Shown piece after piece: positions 7,801 through 17,500 of a DNA stretch of 64,000 nt. A program made the position numbers and the translations under genes. Numbering within the stretch: the first letter of the stretch is position 1; each line of letters begins with the position of its first letter. The stretch covers positions 3,275-67,274 of the forward strand of contig CALCZC010000025.1 in assembly GCA_937903605.1 (NCBI GenBank), written 5' to 3'. The notes beneath the pieces are model-generated. The model was not told the DNA's origin, did not search any database, and worked only from the letters and a program-made list of their open reading frames with translations. This stretch comes from an uncultured bacterium (GTDB lineage Bacteria > Patescibacteriota > Patescibacteriia > Magasanikbacterales > GWA2-37-8).

Positions 7801-10009
7801 ATATTGGTCCGGAGATGGTTCTTCAACTTTGAATATAGAAATTTCCAGTGAATACGATCAGATAGAAAAAGTAAGACAATTGATTTACAAAGATTATGGT
7901 TTTGATCCAGTGGAAGCATTGAGCCAAAATGTAGATATTAATGAACTCGGAATAAATGATTTTATTCAACTCGGTAAAGATTTGCAAGAATTAAGAGAAA
8001 CAGGAGTTTCGGTGGAAGCCATCAGAGCGATAATGGCTGATGGTATTCAAGAGGGTGAATTAGAAAATTTATTTCAACTAGCAGATGCGTTTAAGGAAAA
8101 TCCGGACATGCTGGCACAGTTTAATCATCACCTTGAAGGTGGAGGAGAAATGGGTGAATTTTGGGATAACATGTTAGTCAAAAAAGGCGATGGTATTACG
8201 CAAATAATTGCTAGGCAGATTAAAGCCGATCCGAGCTCTTTTGGAATTGATGCCCAAACTCAAGCTAATCCAGACTTACTTGATAAAGCAGCTGCTATGA
8301 TCGCCACCAAAATCGCCAAAACACAAGGTGCAATAGATTTGCCTTGGGGAGAAAAAACTGTAATAAATGAATATGGGGAAACTAGATTATTGATGCCCAA
8401 AAACGGTGAAACCGGTTTGGTATTTTACAATAGAAATACAGGTAAAATAGAAATATTTAATACTCAGACTTATGAAGAGATGAAAGGTGCCGGAGTTGAA
8501 GTTGAAGTAAAAGGAGACACAACAACGACTTTTGATGAAGCAGAGAGACAAAATGCAGAAACTCTACAAATCTTAAATGCGGAAGAAAGAATAAACGTAG
8601 ACGCACAGTATCTCAGAGCGGTTAATAGAATTAAAGCGGACTTTGGAGCCGAAGAAGCACAAAGGTTGATCAATAAAATGAACGGAGTTTATGAAAAATT
8701 GAAAGAAATGGAGGGTGTAGTTGATAAAAATCCTGTAGCTGGTGCGGACAATATGGCTGGTAGATTACACGATCTAAAAGAGACTTTTTTGAAAATTCAG
8801 ACAGATGTGGTTCCTTCTAACTATGGAAATTCTTTGAGAATGTTGGATGATATAGAAAATGCCGTAAAGAGTGATATATCTATAATAGATAGACAAACAA
8901 CCGGCGGAATATCATCAAAATTTTTGGAAGCAAATGCTGGAGTAATAGAAAGTGTCAAAGAGGATAAAAACTTTTTACAGGGTTTAATAGATCGTGATGA
9001 AAAAATATTAGACGAAGGAAACCTACCAAAAGGAGAAAGAATTGCCATAGAAGACCGTCTACTACAGTCTCGTCAAAATATGGCACAAATAGACCAAAGA
9101 CTGGAAGAAGAATTTGGTATTAGACCAGAATCTGCTCCAGTTAAAACCACAGCTGGTTTCAAAGGGGCGGAGCAGGCATTGAATGAAAATACGGAAATGT
9201 TGAATAAGGAAGCGCAGATGGTTGGTGCTGAACAAAAAATCAGCACAGAGACACCCGATGCCTCCAAAGAGACAACTGAAAGTCCAGAGAAATTTTTTGC
9301 TCATCGAGAAAAAACCATCAGAGCTTTGGAAGAAAGTGGTGGTATTGGGCAAAAAAATGTTGAAACAAATGTGCCTGTAGAAAAAACAACCAGTGCGACA
9401 GAAGACATAGAAAAAATCCAACAAGATTTAGCGGCCAAAGATTTGTTAGAAGTTGAAAATAGGGGTAATGGTGTGATTGCAGAAATTAATAGAAATATGA
9501 ACTCGGTGAGATATAGATTTGGCGGGCAGGACTTCACAGATAAATTTAACGAAGCGCGTGTTGCTTATGAAAGTGCTTTACTAAAAGGAGATAGTGTATT
9601 GGCTACAAATAAAATTGGTGAACTGGAAAATTTAAGAAATTTTCAAGAAATGATAAATAGTAAAAATACGGTGGATACGGTTGTGTTACATAATAGAAAT
9701 ATGGCAATACTAGAAGATTTGAGAGAAAAATATCCAACAGGCAGGTTTGCAGATCTTTATAAAGAAGGTGAAAAACTAGGGCTTGGCTATGGAAAACAAA
9801 CTGATATGTTTAAGACAGGTGATGTAAAAGAAATAATTTCTGACATGGCAAAGCTTAACCAGAAGATCAATGAAAATCTTACTAATTACGAACTACCTCC
9901 AAATGCACAGGGTTTTCTTGATAAAGTTCAAGAGGCTTCCAAAGAGATGTTAGCTGGTCAAATTTCAAAACAAGAAATAAATATGATCTTGAGCAGTGTA
10001 AAAAAATAA
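4841..10009 (+). CDS. giant K/E-rich hypothetical protein (1722 aa) with internal Gly-rich amphipathic/TM-like segments
   Basis: A single uninterrupted 5.2-kb ORF. It has N-terminal coiled-coil and low-complexity regions (PESKSESKPEPKPTSQP) and three or four Gly/Ala-rich hydrophobic segments (LNGALGIGKMAPNMVYKVVGTVLGFKAGTDLAMYAAG; ANFALACTPLTMLRIGTIAGGFAA; VGVFSKAAGQAFVGAGLVGLAI). No enzymatic motif was recognised. Confidence 0.7.
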   Translation: MAKKPDQNSQFGDSYPELKGIEKSLSDIEKNKAEGNKEKIKQEIENITQACLDIQGKAIVLWEKAKGQKEKNKATALIDSIVDLKKTADMFKNTDEVNTEEIKKKLIKIQEKTRNVGNLNSNNKKVEIGNKNKVKVAEVIPEASAEDMARYGGKGEQKPPEKQEEVQVDNNIDSNKEENEKKEKEALIAAAKNKEDLFAALDKIGEVKGSSRTYSTEEIKDAIEALFAGVVIAGKGVTRELGIRDKAEELLKKEKTPKNKKDIIEKAENRKTINKEEFKKIIDEIKTAQGLIDFLNSAPGWIDAGDGLFNFADDKSVENNVKKVKEGFLVGFGKEYKAGYLPEILKNKIEEIRNSKKTRSKKPNTETVKSDNDPATESKPESVPTSQPESKSESKPEPKPTSQPDLVPKEKIGARQKIKIEKININKPSEGKEGIRIIEETTVEKPKADEVQKPTEKKKPFDRAAAFTSIIDFMDEREFKKQKKEVRGEIDAIRMMLEANNIDLLKKYFKNGNLEEDTENIFRADARFKWVFELMGETEEKKVEDKGVLTGEKGGIEKIGPAKAEIVQKAENESKKAQEYAAEIKKVQSEESDESKLKWLLNGALGIGKMAPNMVYKVVGTVLGFKAGTDLAMYAAGEALGKVTGKEHVWGDYAEHKKGEREIPEEQKRLYKLFDEYVASFRQAKLDKMEGKSDKEVTQNLKKSIAELYKFIDNNRYIDPKEKNLFKDRLNAIANDFNQENQEITEQQQEEVKKLAEAFLANKISKVQITRDWANFALACTPLTMLRIGTIAGGFAAERFRKGALEYNKKSKTEIEVKQESKFAHRLKFMTIDAAADWGAAIAGGHTRSTQKLENRRHGGEYDYDKQVDTLNEVKKELKNKTYEDYVEECKDKGIKALMEEKQFDDWKKTSLQKLTKKLSGTSMARVGVFSKAAGQAFVGAGLVGLAINADSLANVEWHDAATNFSNNVDKGLDALQLKPLRDLADRYWSGDGSSTLNIEISSEYDQIEKVRQLIYKDYGFDPVEALSQNVDINELGINDFIQLGKDLQELRETGVSVEAIRAIMADGIQEGELENLFQLADAFKENPDMLAQFNHHLEGGGEMGEFWDNMLVKKGDGITQIIARQIKADPSSFGIDAQTQANPDLLDKAAAMIATKIAKTQGAIDLPWGEKTVINEYGETRLLMPKNGETGLVFYNRNTGKIEIFNTQTYEEMKGAGVEVEVKGDTTTTFDEAERQNAETLQILNAEERINVDAQYLRAVNRIKADFGAEEAQRLINKMNGVYEKLKEMEGVVDKNPVAGADNMAGRLHDLKETFLKIQTDVVPSNYGNSLRMLDDIENAVKSDISIIDRQTTGGISSKFLEANAGVIESVKEDKNFLQGLIDRDEKILDEGNLPKGERIAIEDRLLQSRQNMAQIDQRLEEEFGIRPESAPVKTTAGFKGAEQALNENTEMLNKEAQMVGAEQKISTETPDASKETTESPEKFFAHREKTIRALEESGGIGQKNVETNVPVEKTTSATEDIEKIQQDLAAKDLLEVENRGNGVIAEINRNMNSVRYRFGGQDFTDKFNEARVAYESALLKGDSVLATNKIGELENLRNFQEMINSKNTVDTVVLHNRNMAILEDLREKYPTGRFADLYKEGEKLGLGYGKQTDMFKTGDVKEIISDMAKLNQKINENLTNYELPPNAQGFLDKVQEASKEMLAGQISKQEINMILSSVKK

Positions 10010-10027
10010 TATTTAAATATATTTAAA

Positions 10028-10060
10028 AAACACTTCGTTTAAAAACGAAGTGTTTTTAAT
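10028..10060 (+). terminator. Rho-independent terminator
   Basis: aaaaaacacttcgttt-aaaaa-cgaagtgtttttaat: an 8-bp stem followed by a T-run, just downstream of the giant ORF stop. Confidence 0.55.
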
Positions 10061-10185
10061 TTTTAACTGTATTATTTTCAGTTTTAGAAATCTGTGACGA
10101 CTATGATTGACAAAACTCTTAAATTAAGGTACTTTAGATAGTCGTTCGTTTACAATTTTATAGTCATTTTATAAGGGAGTTCGTC

Positions 10186-11718
10186 ATGAACACGTTTATC
10201 GCTCAGCAATCGTTGATCTGGATCCTCCTTTGTCTTTGCCTGATTCTTTTGGCGCTTCATTTCAAAAATGCGATCAAAAAGAAGAAAGAAAAACAAAGAC
10301 AGGATTTGGCTTTGGCAGAAGCCAAGAAAGAAGAAAAGCGTATGCTGGATTTACGAGAAGTATTACCCAAGCTTTTTACCGGCGCGCAACTAGATCATTT
10401 ACGGGCTAGACATTTCATTTTCAATGTCATGACGGCCGAAGAAAGAGACACAATGGCGCAGTGGTTTGAAACTCATGTGGAAATTTTCGGAAAATTTGAT
10501 TTTGAAACAGTCATTTCTGAGGAAAAAAGACCGCTGTTGAGCTTCGATGAATTTCAAGCTCTTTTTATGGTCGTTTTTAACGAAGGTTATTTTGATGCGA
10601 ACAAATTGCCTTTTGGTGGACAGTTGGAAATGTCTCAGAAGCTCAAATGGGCACAAATCCGTTTACGCTCTTCCATGCCGTCCAAAGAAGCAGAGGATGA
10701 AATGGACCGCTTAACCAAACAGGTGCGGTTTAGCCTGGAAGATCTCAACAGAGTGCGTAAATTGGCGGTCGCTGAGTTTGAAGCTCTGCAAAAAAAATCT
10801 CTGGAATTTGACCAGGTATTGGATAGATCGGAAAAAGCGGAAAAAGAGCGCTGGGAACTGTTTGTAGATACCAGGGAATTTTTGAAAGATTGGCCGGAAA
10901 TGAAAAAGGCCCTTTCCTTAGCTCGGTCTGAATACGAAGAACATCTCAAGGAATTGCTTGGTATCAAGAAAATGGGGATAGTTCAGATTCTCAAGGATAT
11001 TGCCGGTCACACCGAGGATCTGAACAAAATCAAAAAAGCCCTCGTTGACATGGAGAAGTGGCGTAAAGATAAGGAGAGTCTTCTGGAAAATAACCTGAGC
11101 AACCATCTGAACAAGATGTTTGAGCAGGCCAAAGACGATGCTGCTTTGCAACGTAAGCAGGCTCTGGATGAAATATCCAAAGTTGTGCATCAAGAGCTTG
11201 ATAAAATGGGTGAAGAAATTGCAGAACTACGTCAGAAGTTTGAAATGGTCCCTTCCGTGGTTGAAAAAAAGAAGGAAGAAGGACAATTCAACTGGTCTGC
11301 GACTATCTATGCTTTTTTTTCCATTTGCCTCATTGTTTTCATCTGGAGAGATCTTTCCAGAGAGAATGACCAATCGATGGTGGTTTTGGATAAGATCGCT
11401 CCGGTGGTGCAAGAAAATAATCTACTTTCCGATTCTGATCCGGAGGAATTTATTACAGTAGAGGAAAACGAGATACCGCCTTTTTATTCCGTTAACGAAG
11501 AAGAAGAAACTTCTTATGTTGAAGAAAAAGAATATTTGGAAAAAGAAACTAATTTTAATGAAGAGCCGAAATTGGTTCCAGTGCCGTTGATAGAAAAAAA
11601 GATAGCAAAAAAAGTTTTGGCTTTATGTCAGGACAAGAAATGCTGTCTTGATAGGTTCGGCAAGGACACTAAGACTTGGCCGCAGGCCATAGAGTGTATG
11701 CGATCAGTAAAAAAGTGA
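10186..11718 (+). CDS. hypothetical bitopic membrane protein with coiled-coil and Cys-rich C-terminus (510 aa)
   Basis: An N-terminal TM (LIWILLCLCLILLALHF), a long coiled-coil/charged region, a second TM (WSATIYAFFSICLIVFIW) and a C-terminal CQDKKCCLDRFG…ECM. GC content is intermediate (~42%). Confidence 0.55.
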   Translation: MNTFIAQQSLIWILLCLCLILLALHFKNAIKKKKEKQRQDLALAEAKKEEKRMLDLREVLPKLFTGAQLDHLRARHFIFNVMTAEERDTMAQWFETHVEIFGKFDFETVISEEKRPLLSFDEFQALFMVVFNEGYFDANKLPFGGQLEMSQKLKWAQIRLRSSMPSKEAEDEMDRLTKQVRFSLEDLNRVRKLAVAEFEALQKKSLEFDQVLDRSEKAEKERWELFVDTREFLKDWPEMKKALSLARSEYEEHLKELLGIKKMGIVQILKDIAGHTEDLNKIKKALVDMEKWRKDKESLLENNLSNHLNKMFEQAKDDAALQRKQALDEISKVVHQELDKMGEEIAELRQKFEMVPSVVEKKKEEGQFNWSATIYAFFSICLIVFIWRDLSRENDQSMVVLDKIAPVVQENNLLSDSDPEEFITVEENEIPPFYSVNEEEETSYVEEKEYLEKETNFNEEPKLVPVPLIEKKIAKKVLALCQDKKCCLDRFGKDTKTWPQAIECMRSVKK

Positions 11719-11734
11719 CTATATAAATTTTACA

Positions 11735-11765
11735 AGGTCGGCCCATAAAGCCGACCTTTTTTATT
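11735..11765 (+). terminator. Rho-independent terminator
   Basis: aaggtcggc-ccataaa-gccgacc followed by ttttttat. Confidence 0.65.
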
Positions 11766-11880
11766 TGAGTAACATTTGGATGATAAAAAGTATTATATAT
11801 GTATAATTTAAAAATATAGGATTAAATACTCAATATTTAACTAAATTTAGCCTTAAATTAGCCAAAAAGAGTAGGGGGTA

Positions 11881-11909
11881 TTGACAAAATTGTCTATTTG
11901 TGCTATAAT
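11881..11909 (+). promoter_or_regulatory. sigma70 promoter TTGACA-17-TGTGCTATAAT, with a ~235-nt leader
   Basis: Consensus -35 at 11881-11886 and extended -10 at 11901-11909. It is nearly identical over ~50 nt to the promoter at 19967-20016. A long untranslated leader runs to the ATG at 12146 and contains inverted repeats (tttgatcc…ggtgatcaaa). Confidence 0.6.
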
Positions 11910-12145
11910 ATGTCGTTACAATCAAAAAGGATTTTGATCCACTGTGGAAGAGGGTGATCAAAAGAACTATGAAAATAACTCCTTCCCGGGAGCGTTTTTT
12001 GTTCTTAAAATAAATTTTCTTTTTAACTGCACGGTTTAAAACATAAACCTTGTTAATAAGGAGAAAATTGTTCATTAAAATTAAAGATTTCGTTTATATA
12101 GGAAGTCCAGGATATTAACAACAGGAAAACACCAGGAGGTGTACG

Positions 12146-13129
12146 ATGAAGAAGATGATGCTTTTTGTCGCGATAGTTTTCGCGATGGTTACCGTGACTG
12201 CGCAGCAGAGCGTGTATCCCCTTAATCCCAGTTCCACAATCACGGTGCAGGAATGCATCGATCTGATGAACGCTGCCAAAACCGCCCAGACCAAAACCAC
12301 CGAAATGAAAAAGAAAGTGGAAGGGGTGGTCGCTGCTGTCAAAAAGGGTAACAAGACTCCGGAAGATGGGTCCAAAGAGATCTCCAAAGAGATCAAGGAG
12401 AACCCCGAAGTTCCTCTGGAAAGCAGAAAGGCGGCTAACGAAGTTGCCAGGAAAGTCCTTTATAAAAAGGATCTGACCGAAGCAATGGAAGCTTTCGAGA
12501 CCACTTTCAAGGCGGACCTCGCCAGATTGGAGGAGAAAATCTCCGGTCTTGAGGAAAGGATGGCAAAGCTTGAAGAAAGCGATGCTAAACAGAATGAACG
12601 CCTTGGCAATGTCGAGGAGGTGGTCGCAGATCATGAAAACCGGCTGGATAACCTGGAAGAGGGAATATTCTCCGGTTACTTCGGTGCAAAGTTTCTCACT
12701 TCTTCGGTGTTCGATACTGCCGGTGGTGGCGAACTGGGTATGACCGTGAAAATCGGCAAGCTCAATGGCCCGTTCAAAGCCGACTTCGGCGCAACCCTGT
12801 ATGGTTCGGAGATCAAAAATCTCATAGGAATCGAAGGCAGGGGCATAATCACCTGGATGAGCGACGATTTCAAATTCGTCAAGCTCGGCCTTGGTGGTAT
12901 GGGCGGTGGCATGTTTGATGTCAATAACGCCGGAAGAGTTTCCACTTCCTACGGCGGTGGGCAGTTCGAGATTTCGGCCGTTTACAAACGGTACGAGCTC
13001 TATGCCGATGTCAACCTCGGCGCAAGGGACATGCGCAAGATAAGCGGCCAGCACGAAACCAGTTTCTACTGGGGAGTGATAACTGGCGTCCGCATAAACT
13101 TCGGCGGTCCGTTCGAGACCGTCAAGTAA
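12146..13129 (+). CDS. secreted protein: signal peptide, coiled-coil stalk, C-terminal beta-rich (barrel-like) domain
   Basis: Signal peptide MKKMMLFVAIVFAMVTVTA-QQ. A heptad-like region (LARLEEKISGLEERMAKLEESDAKQNERLGNVEEVVADHENRLDNLEE) is followed by ~170 aa of alternating hydrophobic/Gly-rich strands (GMTVKIGKLNG…YELYADVNLGA…FYWGVITGVRINFGG). GC ~50%; RBS aggagg. Confidence 0.65.
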   Translation: MKKMMLFVAIVFAMVTVTAQQSVYPLNPSSTITVQECIDLMNAAKTAQTKTTEMKKKVEGVVAAVKKGNKTPEDGSKEISKEIKENPEVPLESRKAANEVARKVLYKKDLTEAMEAFETTFKADLARLEEKISGLEERMAKLEESDAKQNERLGNVEEVVADHENRLDNLEEGIFSGYFGAKFLTSSVFDTAGGGELGMTVKIGKLNGPFKADFGATLYGSEIKNLIGIEGRGIITWMSDDFKFVKLGLGGMGGGMFDVNNAGRVSTSYGGGQFEISAVYKRYELYADVNLGARDMRKISGQHETSFYWGVITGVRINFGGPFETVK

Positions 13130-13147
13130 AACGAATATCTTTAAAAC

Positions 13148-13171
13148 GGGAGGGTGAGTTCTTCACCCTCC
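13148..13171 (+). terminator. GC-rich hairpin (possible terminator; no T-run)
   Basis: gggagggtga-gttct-tcaccctcc: a 9-bp stem immediately after the stop at 13129, with no U-tract. Confidence 0.35.
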
Positions 13172-13322
13172 TATCCCAATCCTTGTCAATAACTTGTTTG
13201 TTGACAGAGTAATGGGAAACCATTAACTGCTCTTTGAAAATTTGCTGTAGAAAAAACCCTTTGAGAGGGTTTATATATAGAGGTTACAGGTAGTTTCATA
13301 ACAAACATCTTTGGAGGATGCC

Positions 13323-14174
13323 ATGAAGAACGTACTTTTTTTCTTTGCCGTCGTGTGTGCGATGGTTTTCACCGTTTCCTGCGCCAACTGCACTTACAAT
13401 GAGAAGCTCGGCGCGTGTATCGAAGACATGCCCGAAGAGACCGATGACGCCAAGACCGACATCGACGACGCCAAGACCGACGACGAAAAGTCGGACACCG
13501 ACACTGTCGAAGGTCCCAAACAGGGTGAAGAAGGCGGAAAATGCTTCGCCAACAAGTCCTGTATGGAAGGGCTGGAATGCATTAAGCTCAATGAAGACTA
13601 TATCTGCATCGTAGCAGAAGAAGTCGATGACGACCTCGCAAGCGACGACGAAGAGACCGACGACGAAACCAGCGATGATGACGCAGTCGATCCCGACCTT
13701 GGAAAAGAAGGTCATGGCTGTCTTCCGAACGGAACCTGCAACGAAGGTCTCGTATGTGACCAGGCTTCCGAGAACGAAACCGATGTCTGCGTAAAAGCGG
13801 TCGGCGTAGTCGGAGATAAGGACGGCTCGTGTAAGCCCGATCGGACTTGTAACACAACCTCACTGGTTTGTTACCGTGAAGACTTCGTCTGTCATAATAT
13901 GCCGACCGTCGGCACACGCACCGTTTGCTGGTCGCGTGAACTCAATACCTCACCGGTGCAGGATTCCTGCTCGAAAGAAGGGGGCATCGCTCCCGCGGTA
14001 TTTGAGTATGTCAGCGGGACAAAAACCCCGAACTGCGAAGGACTCGTGAATGTGGACCCGGAGTTCGAATGCGTGCGTATCAACGCAACGGTCGAAACCT
14101 TCCGTAATTCCACACCGGCCGAGCGAGATGACCTCGCCCTCACTTCGTCGTTCTACCTTCCGCCCATAAATTAA
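13323..14174 (+). CDS. acidic Cys-knot secreted lipoprotein, family member 1
   Basis: MKNVLFFFAVVCAMVFTVSC-ANCTYNEKLGACIEDMPEE: a signal peptide ending in Cys, then D/E/T-rich linkers and repeated knots G.C.PN.TC.EGL.C (KCFANKSCMEGLECI; GCLPNGTCNEGLVCD; SCKPDRTCNTTSLVCY). An RBS (ggagga) lies 5 nt before the ATG at 13323. Confidence 0.65.
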   Translation: MKNVLFFFAVVCAMVFTVSCANCTYNEKLGACIEDMPEETDDAKTDIDDAKTDDEKSDTDTVEGPKQGEEGGKCFANKSCMEGLECIKLNEDYICIVAEEVDDDLASDDEETDDETSDDDAVDPDLGKEGHGCLPNGTCNEGLVCDQASENETDVCVKAVGVVGDKDGSCKPDRTCNTTSLVCYREDFVCHNMPTVGTRTVCWSRELNTSPVQDSCSKEGGIAPAVFEYVSGTKTPNCEGLVNVDPEFECVRINATVETFRNSTPAERDDLALTSSFYLPPIN

Positions 14175-14181
14175 CGGCGGA

Positions 14182-14250
14182 CCCCAAGTGCTTTTGGGGT
14201 GACTACAGCAACTTTTACTTGACAGCCGATGCACCGGCTGTCTTTTTTTT
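14182..14250 (+). terminator. tandem hairpins with a strong Rho-independent terminator
   Basis: ccccaa-gtgctt-ttgggg (14182-14199), then gacagccg-atgcac-cggctgtc followed by tttttttt (14221-14250). Confidence 0.7.
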
Positions 14251-14331
14251 ATCAATTTTCCCCTCCTTTTGATAAGAGGAGGCCTGCCTGCCGGTAGGCA
14301 GGACTAGGGTGGAGTCAAGTGGAAAAAATAG

Positions 14332-14360
14332 TTGACAAATTATAAATTTTATGCTACATT
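14332..14360 (+). promoter_or_regulatory. candidate promoter TTGACA-17-TGCTACATT
   Basis: -35 ttgaca at 14332-14337 and a TG-extended -10-like tacatt at 14355-14360, upstream of the EF-hand repeat gene. The -10 is weaker than consensus. Confidence 0.4.
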
Positions 14361-14525
14361 TAGCTGTTAAAAGATTTTCCTTTTTCGGCGCTTTTAATGG
14401 GTTTTTTGTATTTATTTTGAAAGTGCAAAAAAGAGGGAAAGCTCTTTGAAAAATTAGCAACTTTAGATAGGGAGAACAGAATGAAAAACGGTTTTAACAA
14501 CAGCAACTGCACGGAGGTGCACGCA

Positions 14526-17500
14526 ATGAAGAACTACTTCGTTTTTTTCATCGCCGTAGCGATGATGCTCATGCTTGCTTGTGAAAGCAGCAAAGACGGT
14601 CGTGATGGTCGTGATGGTCGCGATGGTATCGCGGGCCAGGACGGCCAGGATGGTCAGGACGGGGAAGATGCTCCGGTTTCGCTTTCGCGCTCCGAAAAAG
14701 CGAGTGAAGAAGAAGCGCGTGAGAACTGTGGCGAGGACATCGTCAACGCCAATTGGATCTGTACCGGCGTGGACGAAAATGAAAATGGCTATCTCGACGA
14801 TTATGAATTCGCCGAATGCCATATTGAATGCGCGGGTGCGCCCGGTCACAGTGCATTGGTTGCAAAAACCGATACCACACAAACCGAGTGTCCCAACGGC
14901 GGATTTCATTTTCTTTCCGGTATTGACACCAACGACAATGGCGAGCTTGATGCCGAAGAAGTTTTGGTTGATGAGCTCGTTTGTAACGGCGTTGATGGTC
15001 AGGATGGTATCGGTGATGTAGTTCGTACCAGTACGGAACCCGCCGGCACCAACTGCCAAAACGGTGGTCAGAAAATCGAGCGTGGTCGCGATCTCAACCG
15101 CAACGGTCAGCTGGATGTGTCCGAGATTACCAGTACAAATTATGTATGCAATGGTATTGACGGTACGAACGGGCATGATGCGAGGACTCGCACCAGTATT
15201 ACCAATGATCCGACATTGTGTGCCAGCGGTTCCGGAGTTATTTTTGAATCCGGTACTGACAACAATGACAACGGAGTGCTCGATGATCCGGAGGTTTCCA
15301 CTACGGATGTTATCTGTGATGGTGCCAACGGTAAGACCACACGCATGATCGTGGCCACAGAACCCGCAGGAACAAACTGCGCAGTCGGCGGTTTTTCCGT
15401 CGTTTATGGCGTAGATGAAAATGACAATGGACTTCTCGATACTACCGAGCAGTCGCCCGCACAGTACATCTGTCATGGACAAGACGGTTACAGTGTCGTG
15501 ATGAGAGTCACGGCTGATATTGCTGTTTGTTCATGGAACGGATACAGGTTGCAGTTCGGTCAGGATCTTGATCGTAATGGTATCTTGGATACCGGCGAGG
15601 AAACATCCGACTTTTATATCTGCAACGGATCCGATGGTCTCATTTCCCGCATCAATATTTCCGACGAGCCCAATGGTGAAAACTGTGCGGCCAGCGGAAA
15701 AAGAATAGATACGGGGATGGACATCAATCGCAACGGCCTGCTTGACAGCACCGAGATTACCACGACCAACTATGTCTGCAACGGTGTGCAGGGTCCGCAG
15801 GGAGTTCGGGGATACAATTCGCTTTCGCGGATAACTCCGGATCTTGGCGGAACAGTCTGCACCTGGGGTGGATATTATTTGGAAGTCGGCACAGACATCA
15901 ATGAAGACTGGATCTTGGATCTGGATGAAGTTGGTCACAGTGCTTATGTCTGCAACGGTATAGATGGTAAGACCTGCAGTTCCATACTCAACGATGAACC
16001 CATCGGTACGAACTGTGCTTACGGCGGAAAAATCGTGTATTCCGGTTGTGACGATGATTACAACGGTGTGCTGGACCTCTACGAGGTCGTTCATACCGAC
16101 TACATCTGTAACGGCGCCACCGGTGCGATAGGTCCTGCCGGGTACAATGCCCTGACCAATATGCAAATAGCGGTCAGCGGTTGTCCCAATGGCGGATATG
16201 TTTTCACTGCCGGCACAGACGCCAATGATGATCAGATCCTTGATCTCACGGAAGTGACGGTCACGAATCTTATCTGTCATGGTGTCAATGGCCAGGATGG
16301 TTATACCTATCGTGTGCAGATGGTTGATGAACCCGTGAGTACAAATTGTGTTCAAGGTGGCAAGGCTATCAGTGGAGGTATAGACAGCAACCGTAATGGT
16401 GTGCTCGATCCTTCCGAAGCCGATGATCCGGTTTACATCTGTCATGGTGCAAACGGACTGCCCGGCGCCAATGGTCAAAACGGTCTAAGTATGGCTTTTG
16501 TCATCAGCGTGGCGAGCATTTCCGAATGCCCGGCCGGTGGTGAGAAGCTGGAGCTTGGATTGGATATTGATGCCAGTGGCGTGCTTGAGCTCGTTGAAGT
16601 TACTAGCACGGTTCTCATCTGCAATGGTCAGAACGGTCAGAACGGTAAAAATTCTTTGACCACTATGACCGTGGAGCCCATAGGTACAAACTGCGCCAAA
16701 GGCGGCCATCTCTTGTTGGTCGGTATTGACGACAATGAAAACGGTATTTTGGATTCCAGTGAAGCCGGGGTTCCGCAGTATGTCTGCCATGGTTTGGATG
16801 GCATCAATGGTGCCAACGGGACCAACGGCCACAATGCTTTGGCGATGGTTACCACATCCACTTTGGGATTCTGTCCCAATGGCGGATCCGAACTGCGGAC
16901 CGGAACTGATCTCAATGATGATGGGGTTTTGAATGCGGGCGAAGTTTCTTCGTTTGCGCTTATCTGTAACGGCCAGAACGGCGCCAATGGTGCCGACGGT
17001 TACAGCTCCAGAACTACGATGATCAGTGAGCCCGCAGGTGCCAATTGCCAGGCCGGAGGATTTTTTATTATCTCCGGTACTGATACCAACAACAACGGCG
17101 CGTTGGATGTTACGGAAATTGAATATTCCGGATACATCTGCAACGGCATAAATGGGAATCCCGGCAGTAATGCCGTAACCCGTGGCCGTCTCGCGCTCGT
17201 TTCTGAATGTCTTAATGGCGGAAGCATCGTGGAAACCGGTACGGATAGTAACAACAATGCTGTACTGGACGATGTGGAAGTCATGACGATAAGTTATCTC
17301 TGCAACGGTGATCCGGGAACAAATGGCCAGGATGGCATTTCCTATCGTGTTATCATCACCAATGAATCCGCTGGAATTAATTGTCAGGCCGGTGGAAAAA
17401 AATTGGAAGGTGGTTACGATACTAACAGGAATAATATCCTGGATCCAGGCGAAATCGTAATGACCGAGTATGTCTGCAACGGCATGGACGGTCAGGATGG

